A stretch of DNA of 64,000 nucleotides from an uncultured Dehalococcoidia bacterium (lineage in GTDB: Bacteria > Chloroflexota > Dehalococcoidia > Lucifugimonadales > UBA826): the NCBI GenBank assembly GCA_964343265.1, contig CAYFIW010000001.1, forward strand, positions 6,709 to 70,708, read 5' to 3'. Below, in pieces: positions 1 through 9,082 of this stretch. Numbering within the stretch: the stretch's first letter is position 1; the number at the start of each line of letters is the position of its first letter. The position numbers were made by a program, and so were the translations under genes. The notes under the pieces were generated by a model. That model had not been told where the DNA came from. It ran no database searches and worked only from the letters and a program-made list of their open reading frames with translations.

Positions 1-148
1 AGCCGCCTACTCCACCAACAACATTCCCACCATAAGTTTTTTTTGCAACTTCCTTAATCTTTTCCTTTATTCTTTGAGAGGCTGAAAGGTCTACACCTGC
101 ATCTCGATATGTAACACCTTGTTTATCTTTCTGATTACTCACATTCAT
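1..148 (-). CDS. purM: Phosphoribosylformylglycinamidine cyclo-ligase (AIR synthetase), N-terminal fragment running off the window edge
   Basis: Not in the ORF track because it is partial. Reverse-complement translation from the ATG at 148 gives MNVSNQKDKQGVTYRDAGVDLSASQRIKEKIKEVAKKTYGGNVVGGVGG. This matches the PurM N-terminal pattern Y-[KR]-DAGVD followed by a Gly-rich GG.GG stretch. GAGG lies just upstream. It follows purF-purN on the same strand. Confidence 0.75.
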   Translation of the reverse strand, partial: MNVSNQKDKQGVTYRDAGVDLSASQRIKEKIKEVAKKTYGGNVVGGVGG

Positions 149-175
149 TTACCTCAAAAAATTACGGCCAAACTG

Positions 176-850
176 TCATAAAGTTTTCAAAGAAATTTCA
201 CCCAGATCTATTTCTTTTTTTCTGATTCTCTCTATGGTTTGGATCCAAAAAGAATGTTCTTCTTTTTGGATCCGGTTCCTTAAAGAAGAGACGGAATCAC
301 TAGGTGAAACACACACTTTTGTCTGAGATACTATAGATCCATGATCATATTCTAAGTCAACCAAATGGATTGTAATTCCGGTTTCTTTATCTCCTGACTT
401 GAGAACCGAATCATGAACTCTATCTCCATACATTCCTCTCCCTCCATGAAGAGGTAAAAGTGATGGATGACTATTGATAACTTTGTTTGGAAAAGACTCC
501 AAGATCCATTTTCCCAGGCGCTTCATATAACCTGCCAGAATCACCAAATCTACTTTATGTCTTATCATCACATCTCTGATCGCCATATCCAGTTCTTCAG
601 GATTGGAATGAGTATGCGAGCTCAAATGAATTGCCTCTATACCTACTTTACGGGCTCTCTCCAATGCGTATGAATTAGAATTATTACTAATTACTACAGC
701 AACTTCACCATAAATAATGCCACTGGAGCATGCATCCAAAATTGCTTGAAGATTTGTCCCTCCATGAGATGCCATCACTCCAAGCCTGATAAAAGTACCC
801 GCGGCATTATTCAAATCGGGAGATCTTGATGGATTAGGCTTCGAGAACAA
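176..850 (-). CDS. purN: Phosphoribosylglycinamide formyltransferase
   Basis: Motifs LGVMASHGGTNLQAILDA, NSHPSLLP and HLVDLEYDHG are typical of GAR transformylase. The TTG start at 850 overlaps the purF stop by 17 nt. An in-frame TTG at 814 is an alternative start, so the exact start is uncertain. Confidence 0.85.
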   Translation of the reverse strand: MFSKPNPSRSPDLNNAAGTFIRLGVMASHGGTNLQAILDACSSGIIYGEVAVVISNNSNSYALERARKVGIEAIHLSSHTHSNPEELDMAIRDVMIRHKVDLVILAGYMKRLGKWILESFPNKVINSHPSLLPLHGGRGMYGDRVHDSVLKSGDKETGITIHLVDLEYDHGSIVSQTKVCVSPSDSVSSLRNRIQKEEHSFWIQTIERIRKKEIDLGEISLKTL

Positions 851-2219
851 GCTTGTCCATCTCTAGTTGGACTGGAATCGGATAACTACCTGTAAAACAC
901 CCCATACAATACTGACTCTTTTGTCCGCCAACAGATCTTAATAGACCTTGACGACTAAGATACCCCAATGAGTTCGCATCAATGAAGTCACAAATCTCAT
1001 CAACAGACATTTTTGCACCCACAAGTTCATCCTTAGTAGCCATATCAACTCCGAAATGACAAGGAGATATTATCGGAGGAGCACATATCCTAAAATGAAT
1101 TTCTTTTGCCCCACCTTTTTTTAGAAGTTTTACAACATGTGGAGTAGTTGTACCTCTCACGATACTGTCATCAACTACAACAACTTTTTTCCCTTCAAGG
1201 ATTTGTGGCAAATAATTCAGTTTTCTCCGAACACCAAGTTCTCTAAGTCTTTGGTCAGGCAGTATAAAAGTCCTACCAACATACCGATTTTTTACTAATC
1301 CTTCACTGAACGGTATGCCAGATTCTTGAGAATATCCAACGGCAGCAGCTGTAGCTGAATCAGGAACTCCAATAACAACGTCAGCCTCAACAGGGTGTTC
1401 TTTGGCGAGCTCTGCTCCCATTGCCATTCTACTACTATAAACAAGTTTATTATCTAATAGGCTATCAGGACGGGCAAAATATATCTGCTCGAATATACAA
1501 TTTCCTAGCTGATCGTCTAATTGCCTTTTATATACAGAATGAAGGCCTTCATCATCAATCACAACAGCCTCTCCTGGAGCAATTTCTCTCACATAATCTG
1601 CACCTATATGATCTAAAGCGCATGACTCAGATGCAAGTACCCATCCAGAACCTAACTTACCAACACAAAGAGGCCTAACTCCTAAAGGATCTCTCATTCC
1701 GACGAGTTGATCTTTTGTCATCATGACAAGGGAGTAGGCACCTTGTAATCTCCTCATAGTATATGCAGCGCGACCAGCCCAATTATCTGCAGGAGCATTG
1801 GATATTAGATGAGCTATGATTTCAGAATCCGCTGATGAGTCAAATGACAATCCCCAATCATATAATTCTTCTCTAAGTTCCACAGCGTTTATCACGTTCC
1901 CATTGTGACCGAGAGCAATCTCAACACCAGTACCTTTTGAAATTATTGGCTGCGCGTTACTTATGTTGCTAGAGCCAGTCGTCGAATAACGAGTATGCCC
2001 AACCGAAATGTATCCCGGCAGCCTAGAAAGATCATATTCTTGGAACGCCTGTCCTACCAAACCCATTTCGGTATGAGTCCTGATCATTCGGCCGTCACTA
2101 GCTGCTATACCAGCACTTTCCTGACCACGATGTTGTAAAGCATATACCCCAAAGAATGCCGCTCTGGCAGCATCTTCACCCCTTGCATATACCCCAACAA
2201 CTCCGCAGGCTTCTTTCAA
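834..2219 (-). CDS. purF: Amidophosphoribosyltransferase (glutamine PRPP amidotransferase)
   Basis: N-terminus MKEACGVVGVY carries the catalytic Cys after a short propeptide. Also present: ALQHRGQESAGI, a PRPP-binding loop VVVVDDSIVRGTT, and C-terminal Cys residues (CMGCFTG). The start codon is TTG. Confidence 0.95.
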   Translation of the reverse strand: MKEACGVVGVYARGEDAARAAFFGVYALQHRGQESAGIAASDGRMIRTHTEMGLVGQAFQEYDLSRLPGYISVGHTRYSTTGSSNISNAQPIISKGTGVEIALGHNGNVINAVELREELYDWGLSFDSSADSEIIAHLISNAPADNWAGRAAYTMRRLQGAYSLVMMTKDQLVGMRDPLGVRPLCVGKLGSGWVLASESCALDHIGADYVREIAPGEAVVIDDEGLHSVYKRQLDDQLGNCIFEQIYFARPDSLLDNKLVYSSRMAMGAELAKEHPVEADVVIGVPDSATAAAVGYSQESGIPFSEGLVKNRYVGRTFILPDQRLRELGVRRKLNYLPQILEGKKVVVVDDSIVRGTTTPHVVKLLKKGGAKEIHFRICAPPIISPCHFGVDMATKDELVGAKMSVDEICDFIDANSLGYLSRQGLLRSVGGQKSQYCMGCFTGSYPIPVQLEMDKLVLEA

Positions 2220-2467
2220 AATCCACCTACCTGGGTCGTTTTGGTTCTCACACCATCGACACCGACAACAGTTTGAAGGCTTTTTACTGTCATGTATGAC
2301 CTCTCAGGAAAAGATCTCTCTTTATCTCGGAACCAATTATTTCTCTTGATTACCAACTCTCCCTGTAGGTATCACAAACCATATAACGACTATGGAGACC
2401 AATTCGATTATACGTCTCTCTTGAATAGAGGGTCAATCAAAAACCACGAACTTTACTAACATATGAA

Positions 2468-3565
2468 TTAATATATTTTTCCCGTGGATAAATAGTTTGA
2501 CAGATTTTCTTCGGACATACCGGTTATACCAAATTCCCTAGGTCCTCGACCTACACTCCATCCGTCAAATCCCATCACTAAACTTCCAATACTAACTAGA
2601 GAGTCAATCACTTGGGTTTCAACGGAAAATTGAGATCCCAGCTTACTCCATGCCGCTATTCCATATGGAATATCTTCAGTTAGCCACCTGCTTTCTAGGC
2701 TACCTGGAGCTTTTAGCCTAGTGAGCATATGACTTCCATTTATAGTCTCCCAAATTGACCCCTTAGGCCCAAATCCAGCCTTATGAAAGGATTCTCCCAC
2801 TGGAATGAGGTCATATCCAAGGGCTTCTCCCACGGCCATTCGCTCGCTATCAACAGCTTCAATTACTGTAGCTACGGATTTCGATACTCCTTCTTCATAG
2901 AAATAAAATTCTCCCCTAGAATATTCAATTCTCCCCGCATTCATTAAAACACCAGCAGGGTGTACAACGGGATTCATAGATGATAATCCACACTCCAATA
3001 CATCTTGATATGAAACTATTCCCGGAAAAAGAACACTTAGTTCCTCTTCAATAAATTTAGTCTTATTCGAAGGAAACACACCCATTCCAAGACCTGTAAT
3101 CTCTCCCCATATGATTGCGCCCGTTGCTGAAGTTTTTCGGCAAACATACGGAGCTGTATCGACTTCTGCTATTGTCAAACCAGAAATACCAAAATCAGAC
3201 ACTACTGCAGCAAATTCCATAGACCCTAAAGTACCGGGCATAATTACAACCTTGTGCCCACTCTGTAGATAAGGACCTACAAATTCAGCAAAGGGCCGAT
3301 GTGCATAAGCAGGAACTATTAATAACAACAAATCCGAAAAATCCAGAGCCTCTTTTGGATCTATAGTCACCAATGTTATTGGTGCAGGCCCAGTCTCCAT
3401 AACTCCTTCTAGATTAATTTCTTTGGTTTTGCTTAAATCAGTAACTGACTCTGCAAAATCAGGATGTTCCAAGAGACATATGTCATTACCAATATGACTC
3501 AATCTAGCGGCAACCGCAAAAGCGGTATTACCACCTCCTAAAATAGTTATTTTTTTTTCAACCAT
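2468..3565 (-). CDS. NAD(P)-dependent octopine/nopaline (opine) dehydrogenase family oxidoreductase
   Basis: N-terminal Rossmann motif ITILGGGNTAFAVAARL. Length and overall pattern resemble the opine or glycerol-3-P dehydrogenase-like family. The substrate is unknown. Confidence 0.6.
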   Translation of the reverse strand: MVEKKITILGGGNTAFAVAARLSHIGNDICLLEHPDFAESVTDLSKTKEINLEGVMETGPAPITLVTIDPKEALDFSDLLLLIVPAYAHRPFAEFVGPYLQSGHKVVIMPGTLGSMEFAAVVSDFGISGLTIAEVDTAPYVCRKTSATGAIIWGEITGLGMGVFPSNKTKFIEEELSVLFPGIVSYQDVLECGLSSMNPVVHPAGVLMNAGRIEYSRGEFYFYEEGVSKSVATVIEAVDSERMAVGEALGYDLIPVGESFHKAGFGPKGSIWETINGSHMLTRLKAPGSLESRWLTEDIPYGIAAWSKLGSQFSVETQVIDSLVSIGSLVMGFDGWSVGRGPREFGITGMSEENLSNYLSTGKIY

Positions 3566-3571
3566 AAATGT

Positions 3572-3799
3572 TTAGCCACCCATAAACATGTCAAGAATAT
3601 TTCCCATTTTTCCGCTACGCCTTTTAAAAAACTCAGTGAATCCACAATTGTCACATGTGATGTGAGAAAATTGTTGATTCTGAACATCAAAGAATCTCGA
3701 AAACCCTCCACCGGTGGTTCGTATAGTGCCTGTTTCATAAGTAGTGTTCTGACATTTAACACACTCGAATTGCGTGATCGTTTCAGGTTCGCTAGACAT
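3572..3799 (-). CDS. Small zinc-ribbon protein (DUF2082/Zn_ribbon_13-like)
   Basis: Two CxxC pairs (CVKCQ ... CDNCG) flank GGGFSRFFDVQNQQF, as I recall for this zinc-ribbon family. It sits 6 nt upstream of the opine dehydrogenase-like gene. Confidence 0.65.
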   Translation of the reverse strand: MSSEPETITQFECVKCQNTTYETGTIRTTGGGFSRFFDVQNQQFSHITCDNCGFTEFFKRRSGKMGNILDMFMGG

Positions 3800-3835
3800 G
3801 ATGCCTCCTTTTGTATTCCGTATAAAATTTACTAA

Positions 3836-5440
3836 CTACCCATTCCTTTTTTGAAAACCGGTCTTATTCAGAAAAAATCCTACTACTATGGCTACTAACA
3901 AAACGGCCAATGCCACATTAAAAACATCCGTAATTGCCCCGCTTAGACTACCCTTCAAAACCTCCACTACAATGTTGAAAGAATCAGAACCAATTTCCGC
4001 CGAAGCAGCGTCAAGAACAGATGATTTGGACTCAGAATCAATTAAGGCCCTTGGATTATTTTTCAATTCCTCTAAAGCCTGAGGCAGTATTTCAATTTCC
4101 AAACCCATAATACCTTTTTCAAGTTTATCTTCAAATCTCGTTGATAAAACAGAACCTAGCGCTGAAAGACCTATCAAGCCTCCTATGGTTCGCGCAAATT
4201 GGGTGAGGCTTGTCGCAGCACCAATTGTATCGGGCGAAGTGAAATTCTGGACCGCCAGAGTTAGAGTAGGAAAGGTTGAACCCAAGCCAAATCCAAGAAT
4301 AATAATAAAGGTAACGGCCATTCCATAAGCAGAATCACTGCCTAAATTACTGAATAGAAAAACCCCAAGCGCCATCACTCCAATGCCCAATAATCCCTGG
4401 ATTCGAAAATGTCCCCCAGTCCTTGATAAAACTTGGCCAGATATTGAAGCACCAGCTACGACCCCCAACATCATTGGAGTCAAAAATGTGCCACTGCTCG
4501 TAGCCGATGCTCCAAGAACTCCCTGGAAATATAACGGAATAAAAATTATGGCGCCAAACATTGCAAATCCGGTCAAAAGAGTTAAAACAAGACCAACAGA
4601 AACCATACGTTCTTTAAATAATCTGAGTGCAAGAACTGGATTGGTAACGCGTAATTCAACATATATCAATACAGCCGCAGATAAGAGGCCAACCATAATT
4701 AATCCAATTACTTGAGGGGCATTCCATGCATACTGCACTCCTCCAAGTGAAATTCCCAGTATGAAGCTCACTACAGAGATAACTAGAAGTCCCATCCCGA
4801 CGTAATCTAGTCTACGTTTTTCAGGATCTGATTCGATAGACGAATCAGGAAAATATTTGATCAATAAAAAAATTACTGGCCCGGCCAAAGGTATATTGAC
4901 AAAAAAAACCCAGTTCCATGAAAGCGAATCCGTTAAAAACCCGCCTAAAGTTGGACCCACGACAGATGAAATCCCAAAACAAGCTGCCAATATGCCCATA
5001 TATTTACCACGTTGCTCAGGGGAAAATAAATCTGCAATAGAAATGAAGGTGACAGCCATTATCGTTCCACCTCCAAGTCCCTGAATAACTCTGGATACAA
5101 TAAGTTGCGTCATGTCCTGGCTTATGCCACAGAGTATAGATCCTATGATGAAGAGAACCACAGAGCCAACGAAAAACCACTTTCGTCCATATATATCTGA
5201 CAGCCTGCCCACTATTGGAGCTACTGTGGTTGATGCAACGAGGTAGCCCGTCGTGATCCACACATACCTATCAAATCCACCTAGTTCAGCAACAATCGTA
5301 GGAGTAGCTGTACTAACTATAGTTTGATCTAGAGCAGCGAGAAACATTGTTAAAAGGATACAAACAAGGGTAATTACTACCTGAGCCTTGGGAAGCTCAA
5401 TAAAATCCTCATTTTCTGTTTTCTCACTTGCCTGGGCCAT
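3836..5440 (-). CDS. MFS transporter, DHA2 (EmrB/QacA-like, about 14 TMS) family
   Basis: Motifs LDQTIVSTATPTI and GRLSDIYGRKW (MFS motif A-like). Many hydrophobic segments in a 534-aa protein. Confidence 0.85.
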   Translation of the reverse strand: MAQASEKTENEDFIELPKAQVVITLVCILLTMFLAALDQTIVSTATPTIVAELGGFDRYVWITTGYLVASTTVAPIVGRLSDIYGRKWFFVGSVVLFIIGSILCGISQDMTQLIVSRVIQGLGGGTIMAVTFISIADLFSPEQRGKYMGILAACFGISSVVGPTLGGFLTDSLSWNWVFFVNIPLAGPVIFLLIKYFPDSSIESDPEKRRLDYVGMGLLVISVVSFILGISLGGVQYAWNAPQVIGLIMVGLLSAAVLIYVELRVTNPVLALRLFKERMVSVGLVLTLLTGFAMFGAIIFIPLYFQGVLGASATSSGTFLTPMMLGVVAGASISGQVLSRTGGHFRIQGLLGIGVMALGVFLFSNLGSDSAYGMAVTFIIILGFGLGSTFPTLTLAVQNFTSPDTIGAATSLTQFARTIGGLIGLSALGSVLSTRFEDKLEKGIMGLEIEILPQALEELKNNPRALIDSESKSSVLDAASAEIGSDSFNIVVEVLKGSLSGAITDVFNVALAVLLVAIVVGFFLNKTGFQKRNG

Positions 5441-5563
5441 AAAATCTCCAATAGTTTAGAAAAATCGATAGCTTTTGCCATTGAGAATATTAAACCCAGT
5501 TAATTGAACTATTACAGCATTAATTACACACGATATATCGCTGTTTAAACAACACCATATCCT

Positions 5564-7192
5564 TTAATTTACTAAGGGTTGAGAAATTATCCAGAGACTG
5601 ACAGCAGTATAAAAAACCATCAGTACGAGCATCGGATATTGACTTCTAACAGCTAATTTATGATTAAGCATCCGCTTAAGTGATATAGCATGCGCTATAT
5701 AAACTGAAATTATATGTCCCACAACAATTGAACTGACGGAAAGTATCCAAGCGAATCTAGCATCCACTATGGCAATATTAGGCTTGTAATTAGCGGTGCC
5801 AAACAAATCCCAATCGGCAGTAGACAAGCTTCTAACTGAACAGATACTTCCTGACCAGTCACCGATACCACACCCAAAAGGATTTGAAATAAGAGGTATT
5901 ATCTGCTGACCAGTAATTAATAAAAATGAGAAATAGTGAGAAAGGTTATACACAAGTGCTATGGGCACCAAGGCAAACACAAAACTGTGGATAACAGCAT
6001 CAGTTCTCAATGACCTACTGGACAAAATAGATACATATCTACATATCAAGACATATGCCCCAGCAAAAAACAAAGGTATACATAGAACCCCTAAGGATTC
6101 AATAGCTGAAATAGCAGACCCTGGAAAAGGATCTAATATAGGCCACAAAAACGTCTGTACAGAAACCCAAACAGGGGTTTCCGATAGTCCATCATAAGTT
6201 ACTGTGGCTAAAGCAGTTATATGAAAAACAACCAATGAAGTCGATACTTGATCTCCCCTTAACAATCCTGATGCCCAAGGCCGGAAAGAAAAAGACCTAA
6301 ATTGCCTATACTTTGGATCTCGGCCGCTAATCTCCCAACATTCATAACAATCAACACAAGCATAGGCCTGAATTTCCTCTTGACATCCTGAACTACACTC
6401 CAAACAAATTTCAGAGCGTTTATGGTTATTTTCAATCCTGACTTCTGTTGGTGAAAATCGAGAAAACAGGGAGAACAATACAAAAAAAGGATCAGCCTTT
6501 TTCAGCCAAATATAACGTCCAAAAAGAAACATACCGACCCACGTGTACACGGTATATAGGAGAATCAAAATAGATAAACTAGCAGGACTAGACGCTCCCG
6601 TATAAACATTTTCTATCCAGGCAAAAACTACAAACCCTATTAGGGCTGGCCATGACTCAAGTCGAGCTGGCCATCTCAATATGCCAACATATTTCGATCT
6701 ACCAGGTATGAACAATTTTTCATAATATTTGAAAATAACTTGCCATGGATTTGCGATAGCCCAAACGTTACCAACAAGCGCGACAACATAACCAACACCA
6801 ACCCACCAAATTATCCAAACAAAAGTCGGGACAAAATTATCAAGTGCACTCGGTGTTCCCACCAAACCTGAAAAAACACTTAATATAAGCAAAATTATCG
6901 ATAATACAGACACGGTAAAAGCGATTAATCTACCCAGTAATCTGAAAAGCAAAAATTGCCACAAATTAACACGAACATAATCTGAACGTTCGTTATTTTG
7001 TCTGATAAACCATCCGATTAAAACAAATGACAAAGCCACCGTAAGTGCTCCGCCTACTAAGAAGTAGTTAAGGGGAATCGGCAAATCATATCTCTCACCA
7101 AACCCATGCGCATATGCTCTATCACCAGAAATCAAGAATCCCAGAATTGCAGCAAATATACCTACCGTCACCCATACAGATTTCATTTGCAA
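5564..7192 (-). CDS. Polytopic membrane protein of unknown function with a signal peptide, a predicted mature N-terminal His and a six-Cys loop
   Basis: Signal-like N-terminus ends in AYA, followed by HGFGERYDLPIPL. There are more than 10 hydrophobic segments. Cys cluster C-x2-C-x3-C-x8-C-x2-C-x2-C lies at residues 263-285 (nt 6338-6406). I recognised no family. Confidence 0.6.
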   Translation of the reverse strand: MQMKSVWVTVGIFAAILGFLISGDRAYAHGFGERYDLPIPLNYFLVGGALTVALSFVLIGWFIRQNNERSDYVRVNLWQFLLFRLLGRLIAFTVSVLSIILLILSVFSGLVGTPSALDNFVPTFVWIIWWVGVGYVVALVGNVWAIANPWQVIFKYYEKLFIPGRSKYVGILRWPARLESWPALIGFVVFAWIENVYTGASSPASLSILILLYTVYTWVGMFLFGRYIWLKKADPFFVLFSLFSRFSPTEVRIENNHKRSEICLECSSGCQEEIQAYACVDCYECWEISGRDPKYRQFRSFSFRPWASGLLRGDQVSTSLVVFHITALATVTYDGLSETPVWVSVQTFLWPILDPFPGSAISAIESLGVLCIPLFFAGAYVLICRYVSILSSRSLRTDAVIHSFVFALVPIALVYNLSHYFSFLLITGQQIIPLISNPFGCGIGDWSGSICSVRSLSTADWDLFGTANYKPNIAIVDARFAWILSVSSIVVGHIISVYIAHAISLKRMLNHKLAVRSQYPMLVLMVFYTAVSLWIISQPLVN

Positions 7193-7235
7193 ATCTCCAC
7201 TTAACTACTTTGATTTGAGAAACGTACCTATAAAA

Positions 7236-8000
7236 TTACGGTCGCACCTCTATTGAAATCAAAACCTTTTCATCTTCTTCATGCTCATCCGAATCGTCAT
7301 GGCCTGCATGTCCACCATGGTGATCAGTCTTTGCAGATGTGGGCGGCTCACCGCTAGTTATTCTTATTTTACGATTTTTCTGATTTGCCCACTCGATCGT
7401 TGCGCCAGGTACAGCTATAACATCCAATGGATCGAAAGAAACATCGCCCTCCGTCACTATTACTTTAATAATCCCTGATTGGCCATCATTAGAAATTTTG
7501 ATACTGCCTTTGACATCATGAGACATATGATCGTGATAAAAAATAGTCGTATCCAACATATCTGTTGGAATAGTGTAAGAAAAAGATTCTCCATTCTCCA
7601 ACGTTTCAGATTCAAAAAGAGCTGCATGGTCGTTCATATTTGCGGAGTGGGCATGACTATCATGTTTATCGTGACCCTCATGGTCACTCTCGTGAGATGT
7701 CAAAACATATAATCCCGTAGCGATGGCATCAAAGTCCAAATAGGTTACAACCCCTGATTCTAAATCTTTCTTGATGTCATAACCATGGAGGTGAACTGAC
7801 ATATCTTTATCTGAAGTCAATGAAAGTCTGACGTTATTCCCCTTTTTTACCTCTATTGGGTTTGTTACTCCTTGTACCTCATTTGCTAGAATTTGGATCT
7901 CAATTTCTATATCTTCGTCACTACCACTTCCACACGCAAAAACTATCACACTGATCACAATTAAAAATGTTAGACGACCAGCATTAAAAAATGATTTCAT
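7236..8000 (-). CDS. His-rich lipoprotein with cupredoxin-like domains (putative metal binding)
   Basis: Lipobox VFAC-GSG. The segment VHLHGYD ... LYVLTSHE resembles the uncharacterised HxHGYD cupredoxin-like family. FYHDHMSHDVKGSIKI looks like a Cys-less plastocyanin C-terminal loop. Several His/Asp/Glu-rich tracts are present (HESDHEGHDKHDSHAH, DHHGGHAGHDDSDEHEED). Confidence 0.55.
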   Translation of the reverse strand: MKSFFNAGRLTFLIVISVIVFACGSGSDEDIEIEIQILANEVQGVTNPIEVKKGNNVRLSLTSDKDMSVHLHGYDIKKDLESGVVTYLDFDAIATGLYVLTSHESDHEGHDKHDSHAHSANMNDHAALFESETLENGESFSYTIPTDMLDTTIFYHDHMSHDVKGSIKISNDGQSGIIKVIVTEGDVSFDPLDVIAVPGATIEWANQKNRKIRITSGEPPTSAKTDHHGGHAGHDDSDEHEEDEKVLISIEVRP

Positions 8001-8055
8001 TGGTTATATTCCTAATTAAAATTGATAAGCTCTGGAAAACGTAATTCCCTCAGGC

Positions 8056-8646
8056 CTATTTTCTGTTTTTCCTCGTATAACTATTTTTTCTATATTCTTT
8101 AACCCATGCTCTGGCAGACACTCCCAATATCACCAACACTGCTAGCAAAGCAGAGACCGTCAGAATAGGGACTATCGGATTTGGCTGTTGCACGTTAATC
8201 TCATAACTGACAGTGTTTTTCCCACTAGGCGTCTGAACTTCAATCACTATGAGCCATAACCCTTCCTCATCTAGAGAAGTATTTAATTCATAATAGGTAG
8301 GGTCCATGATGGAGTTGATCATGGGCATAGGGCCGATATCCGAATTCTGCGAATAAGTAGCTGAGGCCACGAGACTTATCTCGGCATCCGTGAAAGAAAC
8401 TCCCGTTTCTAAATCCTTCACATACACCACGAAGTGAACCACACCCACAGTTGGTGAAGCAGGTACAGTTCCAAGACCAATTTCATGGCCTCCTATGTTT
8501 TTGATTTCATAGCGACGTACAGAGCCATTAGCATCCACATATAGGAAGGTAATAAATACCGTCATCCATAAAGCTATTGTTGTGGCGATTATGGCTTTAA
8601 AAAAATTACCGGTATCGCTCAATCTAACAAATCCCATGTACCTCAT
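8056..8646 (-). CDS. Bitopic membrane protein with an Ig-like (FixH/YtkA-like) extracytoplasmic domain
   Basis: It has N-terminal and C-terminal TM helices. The central beta-rich segment (HFVVYVKDLETG ... WLIVIEVQTPSG) resembles FixH/YtkA-type domains. The assignment is tentative. Confidence 0.4.
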   Translation of the reverse strand: MRYMGFVRLSDTGNFFKAIIATTIALWMTVFITFLYVDANGSVRRYEIKNIGGHEIGLGTVPASPTVGVVHFVVYVKDLETGVSFTDAEISLVASATYSQNSDIGPMPMINSIMDPTYYELNTSLDEEGLWLIVIEVQTPSGKNTVSYEINVQQPNPIVPILTVSALLAVLVILGVSARAWVKEYRKNSYTRKNRK

Positions 8647-8695
8647 TTACCAATCATGAAGCCAGTACTTACACAAATATTTCTCAGCCATAAAT

Positions 8696-9076
8696 TCAAG
8701 TGATTGGAGGTTTGAACATTGGAACCAGGAATGGATCATCCAGAGAATCTAGATCAGAGGCAATCTTGATCAAGGAATAGGTATGGCCTTTATCTGTATC
8801 AACAAAATTACATACTCCATTTATCTGGGATAGGGAATAAGCTGATGCCTCTAAGTTACTTATAACAGTCAATTCTGAAACATTGATGTTTTCTGGAACT
8901 TCGTGATGATCTGATATCAACTCAAAGGAATGTGTGTGCATTTGATATGCTATGGCGTGATTGTGCCCAGGATTTCTTTCAGCGAAATGGTGGTCAAAAA
9001 GTGCCCACGTATAAGGAGCTAAAACAGCCAAACTAATTAAAAACGCGGGTACTCGCCACATAACGGAGTGAATCAT
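8696..9076 (-). CDS. Small secreted or anchored His-rich protein, unknown function
   Basis: Hydrophobic N-terminus followed by DHHFAERNPGHNHAIAYQMHTHSFELISDHH. It starts 6 nt after the trpB stop. Confidence 0.45.
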   Translation of the reverse strand: MIHSVMWRVPAFLISLAVLAPYTWALFDHHFAERNPGHNHAIAYQMHTHSFELISDHHEVPENINVSELTVISNLEASAYSLSQINGVCNFVDTDKGHTYSLIKIASDLDSLDDPFLVPMFKPPIT

Positions 9077-9082
9077 ACAAAG

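Noticed and set aside
2220-2467. A possible purine or ZTP riboswitch, or a 25-codon leader ORF, upstream of purF
   Set aside because: I found fragments such as TATAATCG and ATATGG on the coding strand. Their spacing does not fit the purine riboswitch three-way junction. There is no ZTP-like GGGUCGUGAC / CCGCCUGGG pseudoknot pair. The small ORF (MTVKSLQTVVGVDGVRTKTTQVGGF) has no SD or recognisable function.
3547-3762. 71-aa ORF overlapping the zinc-ribbon gene on the same strand in another frame
   Set aside because: It is nested out of frame within a gene that has clear CxxC zinc-ribbon motifs, and it has no motifs of its own.
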